Below are positions 1-12,536 of a stretch of 64,000 nt of DNA, one piece after another (positions within the stretch are counted from its first letter, which is position 1; every line of letters starts with the position of its first letter). The position numbers and the translations under genes are program-made. A model generated the notes under the pieces. That model saw only the letters and a program-made list of their open reading frames with translations, ran no database searches and was not told the DNA's origin. Source of the stretch: Nemertoderma westbladi (lineage: Eukaryota; Animalia; Xenacoelomorpha). The stretch lies in contig JAUCBJ010003164.1 in assembly GCA_032718475.1 (NCBI GenBank), positions 1-64,000 on the forward strand, written 5' to 3'.

Positions 1-352
1 GAAGTGCGGAGAGAGTGCGAACGCAATTCTAGTGTGGGGGGGGAGAATGAGAGGCTGAGTAAGGGACGAGGAGGTCCGGGGGTATGAGAGAGTTAGGGTG
101 AGAGTAGAGGGGAGGTAGGGCGAAAGTGTTGGGGAAACAAAAATCGCGTGAAGAGGTAAGCGCGATCGGCCCGACATGAGACGCCAGGCATAAGGGTAGC
201 GTTATCATACCCAGAGGGAGCGGCCTGGAAAGCCGACTCCGAGAGAAAAGAATTCCACCCCACACCCGATATTAGATCGGGATCCAGCGGGATTGTAGCG
301 CACTTTTTTGGTTGATGCTATCTTCTTACCGGGAAGATAGCATGGGGGGGAG

Positions 353-889
353 TGTTAGCTTATTCAATCCCGCCAACACCCCATAAAGTTATTAGCCGAT
401 AAGCAATATTGGGAGCCACGAGATTGGGCAATTAACCAACTCGTGCCATCCCAATAAGAGTGGGAAGGAAGCACACAACAGAGGGTCAGGGGCCAAACCC
501 CTAACCCAGAGAGAACAGGTGGAGTGAACGGGAATACTCCACGGGGCGCCAACAAGGGTATTAACCAATCAGAGGGGGGAATGGCATCGATTGAGTAGCA
601 GTAAGGCCACCGTGCAATATAACCAATAACCTATTAATCAGTGATTCAGTTATCTCAGTGCAGCAGTGCTAGCGTAGGGTACAGCCAATTAGTTTAGTTA
701 GGGGATCACGGGACTTTAGTTACCGTATCCCGCCTTGTACACATTCACAATATATCTATATCTTATAACCTCTTATTATACACCGAACTTCAGAACTCAA
801 TTATCTTTACTTCACCCTTACACACGGCGGGGACGCGTGGACTAAATACCACACCGGATAAATCGGGATCCCTCCTGGATCCCGTCACA
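353..889 (+). mobile_element. Possible LTR (3' LTR or solo-LTR-like segment)
   Basis: A purine run GGGGGGGAG (344-352) is followed directly by TGT at 353. The segment ends in ...GTCACA at 889, exactly where RTE homology begins. There are hairpins at about 316-343 and 864-884. No second LTR or pol sequence is in the window, so this is inference only. Confidence 0.3.
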
Positions 890-2043
890 CAGATACTTAC
901 ACTACGGAGACTGATTGAAGGAATTAAGTCAAAGAATCTCCCCGCAGTCATGACATTTGTGGACTTCAAGAAAGCATTCGACTCCATCCATAGAGGTAAA
1001 ATGCTTGAAATCCTAAGAGCTTATGGAATACCAGAAGTAATTGTTGCTGGCATTGGATTGTTATATTGTGACACAGAAGCGCAGGTACTCTCACTAGATG
1101 GTGAAACTGAGTTTTTCTCAATCCTGGCTGGTGTACTGCAAGGTGACACACAAGGTGTACTGCAGTGTAATTTGTAATTGTACTGGATTACGCAATGAGG
1201 GCGGCCACAAAGGGTGAAGATTTGGGATTCACACTTCAAGAACGCAGAAGTAGTAGATATCCGGCAACTACAGTCACAGACACCGACTTTGCGGATGACA
1301 TCGCCCTGCTCTCTAATACGCTAGCAGATGCACAGCGTCTACTAAATAAAGTGGAGAGGGCTGCTAAGGAGGTTGGATTGCATATAAATGCTATCAAGAC
1401 CGAATTCATGACCTTTAATATTTATGGAAACTTGACAACCATTTATAATAATCAACTAAGGAAGGTCGATGACTTCTAGTACCTTGGATGATGGATAGAG
1501 AGTAGCAAAAAGGACATAGAAGTTAGGAAAGCAAAGGCTTGGGTAGCTCTATCAAAAATGGAAACCATCTGGAAATCAGATCTCTCCAGGCACCTGAAGA
1601 CTAAGTTCTTTCGAGCCACAGTGGAAAGTGTATTTTTATACGGGGGTGAGACCTGGACACTGACTAAATCACTTGAACAACGAATTGATGGTTGCTACAC
1701 AAGACTACTAAGGGCAGCCCTAAACATCAGCAGGAGACAACACATGACAAACGCCGAGCTTTATGGTACAATACCACCTGTATCAACCACCCTCCGTGAA
1801 CGCAGATTAAGATTCATTGGGCACTGCTGGCGCAGTAAAGACGAGGTCATACTAGATCTACCTCTCTGGCAACCAACTCATGGAAAGCGTAGTCGTGGAT
1901 GACCGGCCATAACATATATAGATCAACTTGAAAGGGATACTGAACTTGGGAGAAACGAAATTGCGACAACTATGGAGAATCGGGAAGCCTGGAAGGATCT
2001 CATTTCCACTGTCCGAGTTTGCTCGACCTAGTATTAGTAGTAA
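890..2043 (+). mobile_element. Decayed RTE-clade non-LTR retrotransposon: reverse transcriptase to 3' end
   Basis: Translations QILTLRRLIEG...FVDFKKAFDSI, GVLQGDT, DFADDIALL, GLHINAIKTE, ESVFLYGGETWTL and RRLRFIGHCWR are typical RTE RT/C-terminal motifs. There is a frameshift near 1150-1175, in-frame stops at 1477, about 1490 and 1900, and a short TAG-type tail near 2030-2043. Confidence 0.9.
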
Positions 2044-2299
2044 CTTAATTTCGCGAATATTTAATTTCTATATTCACCATTTAAGTTACCTTTTAATGGA
2101 AAGTAGCAGGTTATAATGGCAGGCTTTTTTAACCAAAGTAATAAACTAAATTTAGGAACACAGTTTGCAGTAAAATTTGTACTTCTAGGCACTAATTTTT
2201 CGATATTAATTTAACATTAACCCTATATGAGAAGGCTGAAAACGACACCCCAATTGGCTTTTTGCTACCGGTAGGCCTACCGATACTCCTACTGTAACC

Positions 2300-2540
2300 T
2301 GATCGGCGACTTGCCCTCTCATCAGCAGATGATAGTGGCAATGGTGGAATTGGTCTATTGATGAATCTAACTGCACATGAAGCATTGGACAAAATTGACC
2401 AAATCTCTAACCGTATCATCCATTGCCACTTCTCATGTTCTGGAAGACTATGGCTAAGAAGTTTCCTAAGGTGGTTCTGATAGTGTGCTACTCCCCTACT
2501 AGTGTTGCCCCTGTAGAGGAACTGGAAAATCTATATCCGA
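2300..2540 (+). mobile_element. APE endonuclease remnant of a LINE (RTE/CR1-like)
   Basis: Manual translation gives LSSADDSGNGGIGLLMN...ISNRIIHCHF, then after a frameshift PKVVLIVCYSPTSVAPVEELENLY. This matches the GVG...S.RI...YSPT pattern of LINE APE domains. Confidence 0.65.
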
Positions 2541-3450
2541 ATATTCCATTCTCGAACAGACTATAATTATAGTATATTCACATGGAAAACATCATGAAAC
2601 ACATCCTCATTCTCAACTTACAGACTCATAATACAGGTTTAAGAATTCAAATTTCCCGCGGGATAAATTCAGTCTAATATGTCCAATTAATTGTCCAATT
2701 AACACTCTTTGATATTTGGGGAGATGCATGTGTAGTTGTTTAGTCTTGGGTGCGCAGCTTATTGGCCCAGTCGATTCGATATTGCCAAGCTGCCCAACGA
2801 AAATTATAATAATATGAAAACTATTGCGTGAGATAAATAAGTAAATAACATATAATAGTTTTGCGACCATTCCATTGGTCTAACCATTTGTTACGCATAC
2901 ATACTTGTGAGCAGATAATTAATTAAACTTTACAATGGGTCGAAAGAAGCGATCACATTGCATTGGTGTGTTTGTGGGTTTGTTTGAACTTTACTGTGTG
3001 TGAGGGGGATGGTAAATCTGTCAGGTATCAAACTGCGCGACGCGGTTATGAGTACAAGTATGTACACGTACAGACAGATGTAACGTACATATACAGTAGT
3101 AGGTCCCTATGCGAGTCAGTATGTACTTTTATTTCAAAAGTGTGACATTACAAGACGACGGTAATGAAAACGTATGTTTTTTCGCTCATATAGAATTTGA
3201 AAAACTTACAGTATATGATTTTCTCCCGTTGATTCGTTCTTCCGATTTTTACTCCGCATGTATAACTAGTCGAGCGATTATCAGCGAACGTGAGCCTACG
3301 TAATCGCGTAAGTAAATCGGTATCACGTATTACTGTTCATATTAATGGCAGTAAACACCGCAATAATTATGGTTAGTTAAAATGAGGAGACAGGGGAGGG
3401 GGGGGGGGGGGCGAATTAATATCCCGCATCAATGTTAAAGTCGCAATTTA

Positions 3451-3776
3451 GGGAAAGGAGCAGGTTACAGTGGCACGTTATTCTAACCAAAACAATAAAC
3501 TAAACACAATAGAACAGGTTAATGTTTGTTTTTGAGAGTAATCAGCTGTTATTTGCGTTATCAGCCCCCCCCCCCCCCCCCCCCTTATCTGGAAATGAGA
3601 TACATGGCATTGGTACTTATCAATTTGCCTGATTATGGCGTACATTACAGTAGACCTCATTTTTTGAAAAAGTTAGGCCCTACTGTTGCCTCCAAAGCAA
3701 ATTATAGCCTCATGAAATAAACTTTTGTTTATTGTTTTGGTTAGAAAACACCGCCACTGTAACCTGCCCCTTTCTT
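3451..3776. mobile_element. MITE with ~50-bp imperfect TIRs, TTAA-like flanks (Kolobok-like)
   Basis: The left end GGGAAAGGAGCAGGTTACAGTGGCACGTTATTCTAACCAAAACAATAAAC matches the reverse complement of the right end, AAGAAAGGGGCAGGTTACAGTGGCGGTGTTTTCTAACCAAAACAATAAAC. Flanks are TTTA and TTAA, with an internal poly-C run. The superfamily is inferred from the TTAA target and purine termini. Confidence 0.75.
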
Positions 3777-4810
3777 TTAATATTATAAATTAAATTAAGT
3801 TTTTTAACACACTAAACACATATTTTGTGCTTGTGGTCTTTTTTTCCACAATTAAATCCAGTTTGCACAAATATTAACGAATGGTATGTATAGTTTAGTT
3901 AGTTTTTGACATTGGACTGTTAAACCAAAACAGGCTCAGGAAATTTAACACGTTATTATAAAGGTGTTACAATATTTTCATCGTGACTTTAGAGTTTATA
4001 CTTTTCTTAGCACACTGACGTGATTTTCTCAATCTTGTGAAATTATTTATACATTATTGAGTCAAAGGTTTATTATTTGGCATAAGTTATACGAAAATTA
4101 TACCTTAGAAAACATTAACAGTTGGAGACTGATAGACTATCCTCATAATGTCGTACAGTAATTAATTAATAATTATCCCCATCTTTAACCCTCACACTTT
4201 ACGCTACCGTTACCTATAATGCCTAACAAATAATATTACCATTCGTAACTCTGGCACAATCTTAATGGGCAATTTCGTAATTAACTACAGGTGACATATT
4301 ATTGGGTGCTTATAGTTTAAATGGTTTATATAGTAATCACTCGGGCGTGCCAAGATATAACAGTGACATTACATTAATTTATAATGTAAGTGCCCCCTTA
4401 TTATTAAGTTAATTTTTCATTTAATGTTGCTTAAACGCCATTCAGAATAAATACATTATGTACACCAGTAAAATTGTGTTGCTCTTGACCACGTTAATTA
4501 ACTACTATAACAGGTATTCTCCAATTTAATGTTTTATTTATTATTTTATAATATAATTTATATGTGGAGTCTCGATATTGATGATGCTAGCTTGTTACAT
4601 GTATTAGAGCAGTTATTTGTGTATAAATTAACATTTTTAACGTTATTTTCGGTTAATTTTTATATTTATTGAGTACAGCCAAAAGCCATGTAAATGAAAT
4701 GTTGAAAATAATAGGTGAAATATGTTTACATTGCTTATAATGCAAACTACTTAGTTTTTATTTTTACATCCCACTCACTTATTTGATCATTAATAATTTA
4801 CTTTGCGAGA

Positions 4811-6968
4811 ATGGCTGAAGTTGAAGATCGTAAAGTAAGTACTTACGAGGAATACCATTACCTGAAAGCGGCTGATAAAGGTAATTCCGCGGACATTCTA
4901 AGTCAAATAATCCAGGTCCTAAATGTAGAAGCAGTTAAACTCCCTCCAGTCACGTGGGGCGATCACGTGGACGCCTTGCTGGAGCTCGGTCAGGCGGTGT
5001 TCAAGAAGATAGATAGCGACGGAGACGGGCATTTAAACTTCGAAGAATTTACATCGGCCTTCTTGAACCCGAGTTTGAAACTCAACAAACCCGATATAAA
5101 ACGATTGTTCGTTGACGCAGATTCCGATAAGGACGGGTTCATTAATCTCCAGGAGTTCCTCCCGATAGTCCGGCAGGTTGTAGCGTTTCTTTGCGCCACG
5201 CAGGATAATTCGGAATGTCAGTGGACCGTTCTACATATTTATGATAATGATATTTATTTATATTTTGACAAACAAACTCATAATTTAAGTTATATTCCCC
5301 CGCCAGACTTTGAACTTTCCCTGGTGCGGCGACACGATTGTCTTTACGAAATGATCAGAGAAATCGTCAAAGGGCATGATGATATTGTGACGTCATCGTT
5401 GGCTGAAAAGGTTCTGAAAGCCCCGGAATTTGGGATTTTCCTTAATGATTTGGACCGGAGTCAAATAGAAAGAATATTTGACGAAAAAGATGTATCATTC
5501 GTTTCTATTGAAGAATTCTGTTCCATTTTGCGGAGAATAATCGTGGCAATTAATCGTGAAAAAATGCCCTCAATATCGGATTGGATTGAAATTGCGGGTG
5601 GTAAATTCGGTAAATTTTGGATAAATAAAAATTCTGGGGAAATTCAGCGGGTTGTTCCAGAAGTGATAGTTAAACTAATGCGTGACAGACTGGAAGCGAG
5701 AGAAGAGCAAGTGGAAATTCTTCCTAAAGTTATAAAGGACCTTGAAAAAGCGCAGGAAAAATTAGAGGTTGAAACGAAATTGCATAAAGAGATAACGGCC
5801 ACTTACCATGAGCTTAAAGACAGGCATGATACCGTGGGAGAGGTGCAATCAAAACTAGAATTGCAAAATAATTCACTAAAACGAGATTTACTGAAAAGAT
5901 CGGAACAATGTCGTCTTCTCGAGATCCAACAGAAGAAAGCTGAAGAGCGGATGCGCTGGTTGGAGGATGCGGCAGTGGAACGGGACCATCTTTATGGGTC
6001 GTTGGAACACACGCGCGAGATTCTAAAAGCAGCGCAACGAAACGTTCGCGATAGGGATGCGGAAATAAAGAACTTGAAACATGTCTTGGAGACTACCGTG
6101 GAACAATTTGAAGATATGAAGAGAAAGAAAGCTGAGCAGCAAAGAAAGAATGAAGACTTACAACTTCAGATAAAAGAGGAGATAAGAAGAATTCAACAAA
6201 TTGAGATAGAGAATGAAACAGTTCCTAAAATGAGACAACAGATTACAGTTCTTCAGGAAAACTTAGATTCATCGACTAAAGAAGCTGCTGAAAAATCGGC
6301 TTTATTGCAATTAGCCAGGAATACCATCAAAGAACAGAAAAAAACGATACAAGATTTGGAGAAGGAGTTGGAGCAGGTGCCTTTGCTAGAGACAGAACTA
6401 AAGATGGCCCAGTGTGAGGTGTGGACAATGAAACAATTAATTATAGGTAAGGACGCTTTAGTTATACAGAAGACGCACGATCTGGACGAGGCTAAAATGG
6501 AACTGGGAGAGAGGAAAGTTCAGCCTACTGATGCGCCAGATATCTGGGGTTGGGGGTCGGGTGGGACCGGAATGCGGGAGTTCCTTACGACATCGAGGAA
6601 GGAACCGGTCCGCAAGTCGCCGCGGCTGAGCGCAAGCGGTCGACGGCCGGACCGCCACTCGGTCGCCTCCATGCCGTATGTGTTGTCAGATGAGGACAGA
6701 CCGACGGGGACCCTCGACGGCGATGAGATTTCAAAGCCGGTTAAATTGACGAGTCAGTCGAGTGTATTCTACGACGAAACGATAAATCGACAGGATACGG
6801 GAGACGATCCGCTTGAGATAAGCATCCCTGTTCCGCAGTCGACCAGGGGAGGGCGGCTGGGATCAGCCGCGGTTAAACCAACTCGTCGACCGGGCGGAGT
6901 CCCAGCGAAAACCTATCGTCCTAAATCCACTCCTAACCATATTAAAACAAGCAGTCAAAATAATAAAG
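4811..6968 (+). CDS. Exon 1 of EF-hand / WW-like / coiled-coil / CAP-Gly protein
   Basis: Open frame of about 720 codons. It has canonical EF loops DSDGDGHLNFEE and DSDKDGFINLQE, a degenerate EF pair, WW-like segments, an E/K/Q/L-rich coiled coil (about aa 290-570) and a disordered linker. Donor AAAG|GTAAAC at 6968/6969, phase 1. Confidence 0.85.
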
Positions 6969-7048
6969 GTAAACAATAATAGAGTAGAGTAAAAAGAGTG
7001 TCTTTATTGAGATACCCGGAGGCGACCCAAAGGCTCCACTTTCGATAG

Positions 7049-7668
7049 CTGCTACCCGAAGGTAGGGGTGGGCGCTACTATCTGCTACCCGAAGGTAGGG
7101 GTGGGAGCTACTATCTGTTACCCGAAGGTAGGGGTTGCCGCTACTCCTATCTGCTACCCGAAGGTAGGGGTGGGCGCTACTCCTATTTGGTACCCGAAGA
7201 TAGGGGTGGGCGCTACTATCTGCTACCCGAAATTAGGGGTGGGCGCTACTCCTATCTGCTACCCGAAGGTAGGGGTGGGCGCTACTTATCTGCTACCCAA
7301 AGGTAGGGGTGGGCGCTACTCCTATCTGCTACCCGAAGGTAGGGGTGGGCGCTACTCCTATCTGCTACCCGAAGGTAGGGGTGGGTGCTACTCCTATCGC
7401 TACCGAAGGTAGGGGTGGGCGCTACTATGCTACCCTAAAGGTAGGGGTGGGCGCTACTCCTATCTGCTACCCTGAAGGTAGGGAGGGGGGGGGGGCGCTA
7501 CTCCTATCTGCTACCCGAATGTAGGGGGGGGCGCTACTCCTATCTGCTACCCGAAGGTAGTGGTGGGCGCTATTATGCTACCCTAAAGGTAGGGGTGGGC
7601 GCTACTCCTATCTGCTACCCGAATGTAGGGGGGGGGGGGGGGGGGGGGGGGGGGGAGCTACTCCTATC
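7049..7668 (+). repeat. Intronic 33-36 bp G-rich minisatellite
   Basis: About 17 tandem copies of GCTACCCGAAGGTAGGGGTGGGCGCTACT(CCT)ATCT, with G-runs expanding toward the right end. Confidence 0.95.
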
Positions 7669-7671
7669 CCA

Positions 7672-7808
7672 AGTTTTTCTCCCAGTTTTTTAACTGGTCC
7701 CCATTTTATTGACTCCAGGGGATGAAAAGTTGAGTGGACCCTGATGCGGCTCGAACCTACAACCAATACATTGCTGGCCCGTCGCTTAACCAACTGAGCT
7801 ACCTTCGC
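7672..7808 (-). mobile_element. tRNA-derived SINE
   Basis: The minus strand has an A-box TAGCTCAGTTGG and B-box GGTTCGAGCC, followed by GTCCACTCAACTTTTCATCCCCTGGAGTCAATAAAATGGGGACCAG. From memory this resembles the Meta-type SINE central domain (not verified by search). Confidence 0.7.
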
Positions 7809-8196
7809 ATTCCAGACACCAATTACACCTCCGTTATTGTTTTGTATTGAATGAAAGCTGGCCATGCAAGGATTCCAAATATGTAACACAATCTGAATTT
7901 CGTTGAAAAATTGTAGATGGCCTTGTTAGTTCTTGAAGGTTGTTCTCGTTTGGAAGTTAAATGGATTTGCATTCAGGCATTCCGTATTTTCAATTCTCAA
8001 ACAGACAATAATTATAGTATATTACATGTTAAAAATCGCCATGTTGAAATTGTTTTATTTATTTTCTATTTTAAAAATATTGAAACACAAATTTGTTTTA
8101 AATTGCTAATATTTTAGTCTAATACTAAAGTTACATCATTAGGGTAACATAAAATAATTAATCTATTAGATATTTATTAACATAATAATGTTTTAG

Positions 8197-8615
8197 GTGA
8201 TGTTGTTAATATTACGCAAAAGGAACTTGAAGAAGGAGACGATATGTTACGATCTATGGTACAACAAGCTGATCTGGAAGCGGCCGCGTTCCTGCGGCTG
8301 GGAGATCGTGTCGTTCTAAAACAATCCAAACGGGAACGATTCGGGGTCGATTTGCCCTTAGCGGGAGTCATTAAATTCATCGGAACGGTTGATCGAAGGA
8401 AGGTGGAGCGCAAGCTCTACGTTGGTCTAAAGATGGACGACCCGGTCGGAACTACAGACGGGGTGGTTTACGGTAAACGATTCTTTGTTGCACCTCCTCG
8501 CCACGGATTGGTTACTTGGATCGGTGATGTGGCCACTGTATTGGACGCTAAGGAGGGCGTATACAAACCATTATCCCAACTCGCTGCCACTAATAAATCT
8601 GTCACCTCAGCTTAG
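8197..8615 (+). CDS. Exon 2 (terminal) encoding a CAP-Gly domain
   Basis: The acceptor TGTTTTAG|GT at 8196/8197 joins exon 1 in frame (G+GT=Gly, then DVVNITQK...). LGDRV...GVIKFIG...YVGLKMDDPVGTTDGVVYGKRFF..PP.HGL fits the CAP-Gly consensus. The spliced product is 858 aa. Confidence 0.85.
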
Positions 8616-9093
8616 CCCTCGGTCAACCCATTAGACCTGCCTCAATGCGGAACTTTTGTTGAGGCGACTTGTTTCAGTGACCCCATTATTAATTCGCAAT
8701 TTGATTTAGCTACATGTTTTTTTTATAATTTTCTAGATAAACAAATATCTGCGACAAAAGTTGATAATGAGAAGGCGCCGACAACTAACAAGTCTCTTCA
8801 TCCAAAGTTGCATGGCGTGAGGCTGCCTATTTTTCTAAGCGTTTTGTGGGAATTTTTGGACCTTTCTAACTGAATCCTTGATTACAATGAATGCTGTAAA
8901 ATCGACTTGCCAATGACTGAATGCATTTTTCTACTCGCACGTCATAATGCTACCGAGAGAACCAACACCATATTCGGTAGGTAGGAATAATGAGTATTTC
9001 CTGTGTTTGTCCTGTTTGTGTTGTTTCGTAATCGGTAACAATAACAGAGTAATATCTCATCTCGTCGAATAAGAGATGTAACTTATCAATTAA

Positions 9094-9213
9094 GGGGTAG
9101 GTGCTGGTTATAATGGCACGTTATTCTAACCAAAACAATAAACATTTACACAGTTACAGTTACATTTTTGCGAGTAATCAATAATTGTTACAGTATTTGC
9201 TACGGTTTCCCCC
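9094..9213. mobile_element. Short TTAA-flanked MITE related to the 3451-3776 element
   Basis: TTAA|GGGG...CCCC|TTAA, sharing TGGCACGTTATTCTAACCAAAACAATAAAC with the element at 3451. It recurs in each unit at 22189-22308, 41127-41246 and 54945-55064. Confidence 0.65.
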
Positions 9214-9414
9214 TTAAAAGGGTTAAATTTTGGTTGCGTCGAGAACACCAACACTACCTCCACCACTCGCCACTCCAGAGTCATTTCAAACCGAAATTTA
9301 TTCGCCAAAAAATACTTGTCTTGAATAATTCTTGACATTAAGTTTAATAACGACGAAGGCCAGCCCTAACTAACAAGCACAATACGGTTATGACAATACA
9401 GTTACGTAAAGATA

Positions 9415-9420
9415 TTTATT
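9415..9420 (-). promoter_or_regulatory. Candidate polyadenylation signal of VGLUT 3' UTR
   Basis: AATAAA on the minus strand followed by GT-rich sequence. Other AATAAA hexamers are at 9992-9997 and 9297-9302. Confidence 0.5.
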
Positions 9421-10123
9421 AGCCAAGCAAATAATGACGTAACACTGTGACACGTTATTATTATTGCACAAAGAATGACCAACCCAAAATATGGCTTGTC
9501 TTCAAAGTGAACGCCATTTAGATCACGCTAACTACTTACTGTATACTCTCGGAGAAACATTAATAATTAGTTTAATTAATTTATAAATTATTAATTAAAT
9601 TGAAAAACAACTGAGTTTATAATTAGAATTTAATAAAAGTATTTAAACGAAATATAACATAACATATATGTGCAAAATGCGCAGAGAAAATATACCGATA
9701 CTGTAGCGCACGAAAGACTCAAAGAAAAATTAAAAAAATACAGATTGATGGTTAAAATAAACCAAAATTATAAAACGAGGGTGGGCTACAATTTTAAGGA
9801 TCGTTAAATACAGTATGGTTGTTACTCGTCAGTAACATGAAATGGAATAGAAACACAACGCAATTCAGTGTTCCATACCAAAAAATATCAACCAATTACA
9901 TTTTAACACGTAAATAAATAGCGACTTTTGTGTCCATTTGTGCTTAATATGAGTGACAGCTACAGATAAATAATAAAATTACACCCAAATATTTATTGTG
10001 TTCGTTGCAGCCATATAACAGTATTATGAAGCCATTGACGTCAGCAACATTACGAGAATGTATTAATACTGTCAAACTATTAGGTAAGGATATCACTTTC
10101 GCTTTTCCCTTTAGATCACCTGT

Positions 10124-12536
10124 CTATCTCAGACTGCCTCTGTGGTGTGGGGATGCGTAATCCTCCACGATTGGTTGTTGTTCCACTGAGTAGAACTGGT
10201 TGTTATAAGGTTCGGGGTTGTAGGCTTCACTCTGAACATAGTTCGAGCTGTCCTGCCCAACTGTACCGTAGGATTTCGCCGCACCGTCTAGCTTATCTTT
10301 ATTATCTAGAATTATAATGAAGTCATTAATAGAAACTAATTGATACAATACTGTAGGGGTAAATTTATAGTACCGCGCCAACTAGCGGTGGTTGTATGCA
10401 CCGGATTGCATCGCAAGGCAGCCATTATGGGGCGAGCCATGTACTAGTTCAAAAGTATTAACTAGAGTCATATTCTTTCCAAAACTCTAACTAAATGAGG
10501 ATACATTTAATACCCTCTCTAGCTTATTTATGATGGTGTATCTGTATCCTGCTCTTTTCATTTTCTTTTACTTTTTCTTCTTTCAACTTTTTTTTATTTG
10601 AAGGTTCTTCTGTCACTTTACCTTCAGTAATTTACCAACAATTAATTATTGAACTACTATTGTGATTTCTTTCACTACAAACTGGTTATATTTTACATTT
10701 TATATAATCGCATTTACCTAGGCAGGTATCTTTCTCATCGGCCCAAGGTTGTTTCTCACCAGACGCGAATACCCCGTAGAATATGATCCCGGCGTAGTGG
10801 ACTGTAGACGCTATGATAAACACACTTTGCCATTCCAACGCCATCTAGAGGAAGACAATTAATAGGGTAGTAATTAATTTTAAGGATTTATAATATTGAA
10901 AGTATCTGTGCATCATGATTTTAAATAACTTTAATTGAACTTAATATGCTTATACTTTTTTAATAAAACAACATTTTAATGTTAATTTCTGTTTTGATAT
11001 TTCTTCCGAAAAAAAAAACAATAAAAATGTTGCTTTAATATAATAAACAAATTTAATAACGCAATCGCATCGTACCTTGTGTTTGGTGAGCAGACCAACA
11101 ACCATGGGACACACCATCCCGGATAAAGTTCCGACCCCGTTAGAGATACCCATTAGTATGCTAGCGAACCGGGGAGCAATGTCCAGGTGGTTAACGTTGA
11201 ATCCTGAGGACATATATAATCATAAAAAATACAAGTTCAAAGAAATTAAACTAAATGTTGCAAAATTATTAATGAAAAAATTTACAAAGAAAATTAATCA
11301 AGAAAAACGTAATATTATTAATCCCAAATGCTAAAACTAATTTAAGGATGTAATATAATTAATGGTTTTGTTCAGAAATGGAAAAAATGAGAAAGCGCGT
11401 CACCGGGGGTTGAAAACTACAGTAATTAAACACGACATCTCAATAAATCACTGTCTAGACACCTACCGCGCCATTCTAACGTACCTGCGGTAATTAAATT
11501 TCCCATTATTGTTATTCATATTAACATTATTTTGGTTAAATTGAGTGAAAAACATGTTATCAATGGGTAGGATGCCAGAAAAACACCATAATTATAGTAA
11601 AAGTTTATATTTTTGGTGTGTAAAATAATTATAGAAAAAGTTTTAAGATTTCAGTACACGGTGTGGTGTGGAAGTTAGGCAGTCCTATTCCATATGAAAC
11701 CGAAAGTTTGTTATGAATTCTGTACCGTGTTGACTATTATGTCACAATACTGTGGGGCGAGCCACGAAAGTAAACGAACTTATAATACGGGTACCACTAT
11801 CTGCTTGGCGGTCGGTCGGTCGCCCGGTCTTTCTGTCTGTCGGACTTATCATTAACTGCTTTATTCTCAGGAAACGCAGTTTCCTGAGTTTTATTCGCAG
11901 TTTCTTAAAACGTTGTAGGACTGAACTATGAAAAATGTTTAGAAAGTCTGACAGACTTGAAGGTCATCGGTCCGCAGTTCTCCAGTATGCCGCTAGAGTG
12001 CAAAATGTTTGAAGTTGAAAAACTTCCACCGTTTTATTTTTATTTTAATTAGTTCAAACTTGGCATATATGTACTAGAAAACTGGCTGCTTCATTGTGAG
12101 GCGGTACTCCGTCTCCACTTCTAATGATTCGCTATCGGGATCGAGATGTCTGAAAGTGAAACCCTTCTCTTATTTCGTTATTTGTTATACGTTAAAACCG
12201 CCTAGTGGAACTTAATTTTTTGCTATATTAATAATAAATTGTAACAGAATAATACGGTTACAGCAGGCCTATATATTAAAAAAAACTCTTACCCGATATG
12301 GCAAATCCACTAAACCCTACAGCCATGGTCAGGCAGGTTATAGCTGTTGTGCGGTCTCTTGTCATGGCAACACCCAATAGGAAACTAGCCTCCATACCGA
12401 AACCGCCGCAGTTGAAGATCTTTCGAACGGCCGTGGTTGATAAAATACCGCGCGATCGCAGAAAATCCGCCATGTATCCACCGATAGGAACCAAAATCGC
12501 CATTACAAGATGGGGTAGGGCCGAAAGGATACCAAT
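10124..12536 (-). CDS. VGLUT: Vesicular glutamate transporter (SLC17A6/7/8, eat-4-like), last four coding exons, copy 1
   Basis: Exons 12536-12293 ([12 protein letters not shown]...[14 protein letters not shown]...FSGFAISG), 11203-11076 ([32 protein letters not shown]), 10844-10718 ([32 protein letters not shown]) and 10305-10124 (KSYGT...stop). All introns are GT-AG with matching phases 1, 0, 1. No upstream exons were found in the unit. Confidence 0.92.
11750..12170 (+). mobile_element. Possible DINE-1/HINE-like non-autonomous Helitron/Helentron remnant in VGLUT intron
   Basis: A (GGTC)n/(TGTC)n microsatellite is followed by a core containing TTCAAACTTGGCATATATG, a layout reminiscent of HINE elements. 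It is present in all copies. This is resemblance only. Confidence 0.3.

Noticed and set aside
7068-7524. ORFs with YPKVGVGAT repeats
   Set aside because: Translation of the intronic minisatellite.
7735-7808. tRNA gene
   Set aside because: A and B boxes are present, but the acceptor stem does not pair and it continues into a SINE-like body.
9126-9338. 70-aa ORF repeated in several units and antisense ORFs over VGLUT exons
   Set aside because: They recur only because of the duplication, overlap a MITE or are shadows of real exons, and contain no recognisable domain.
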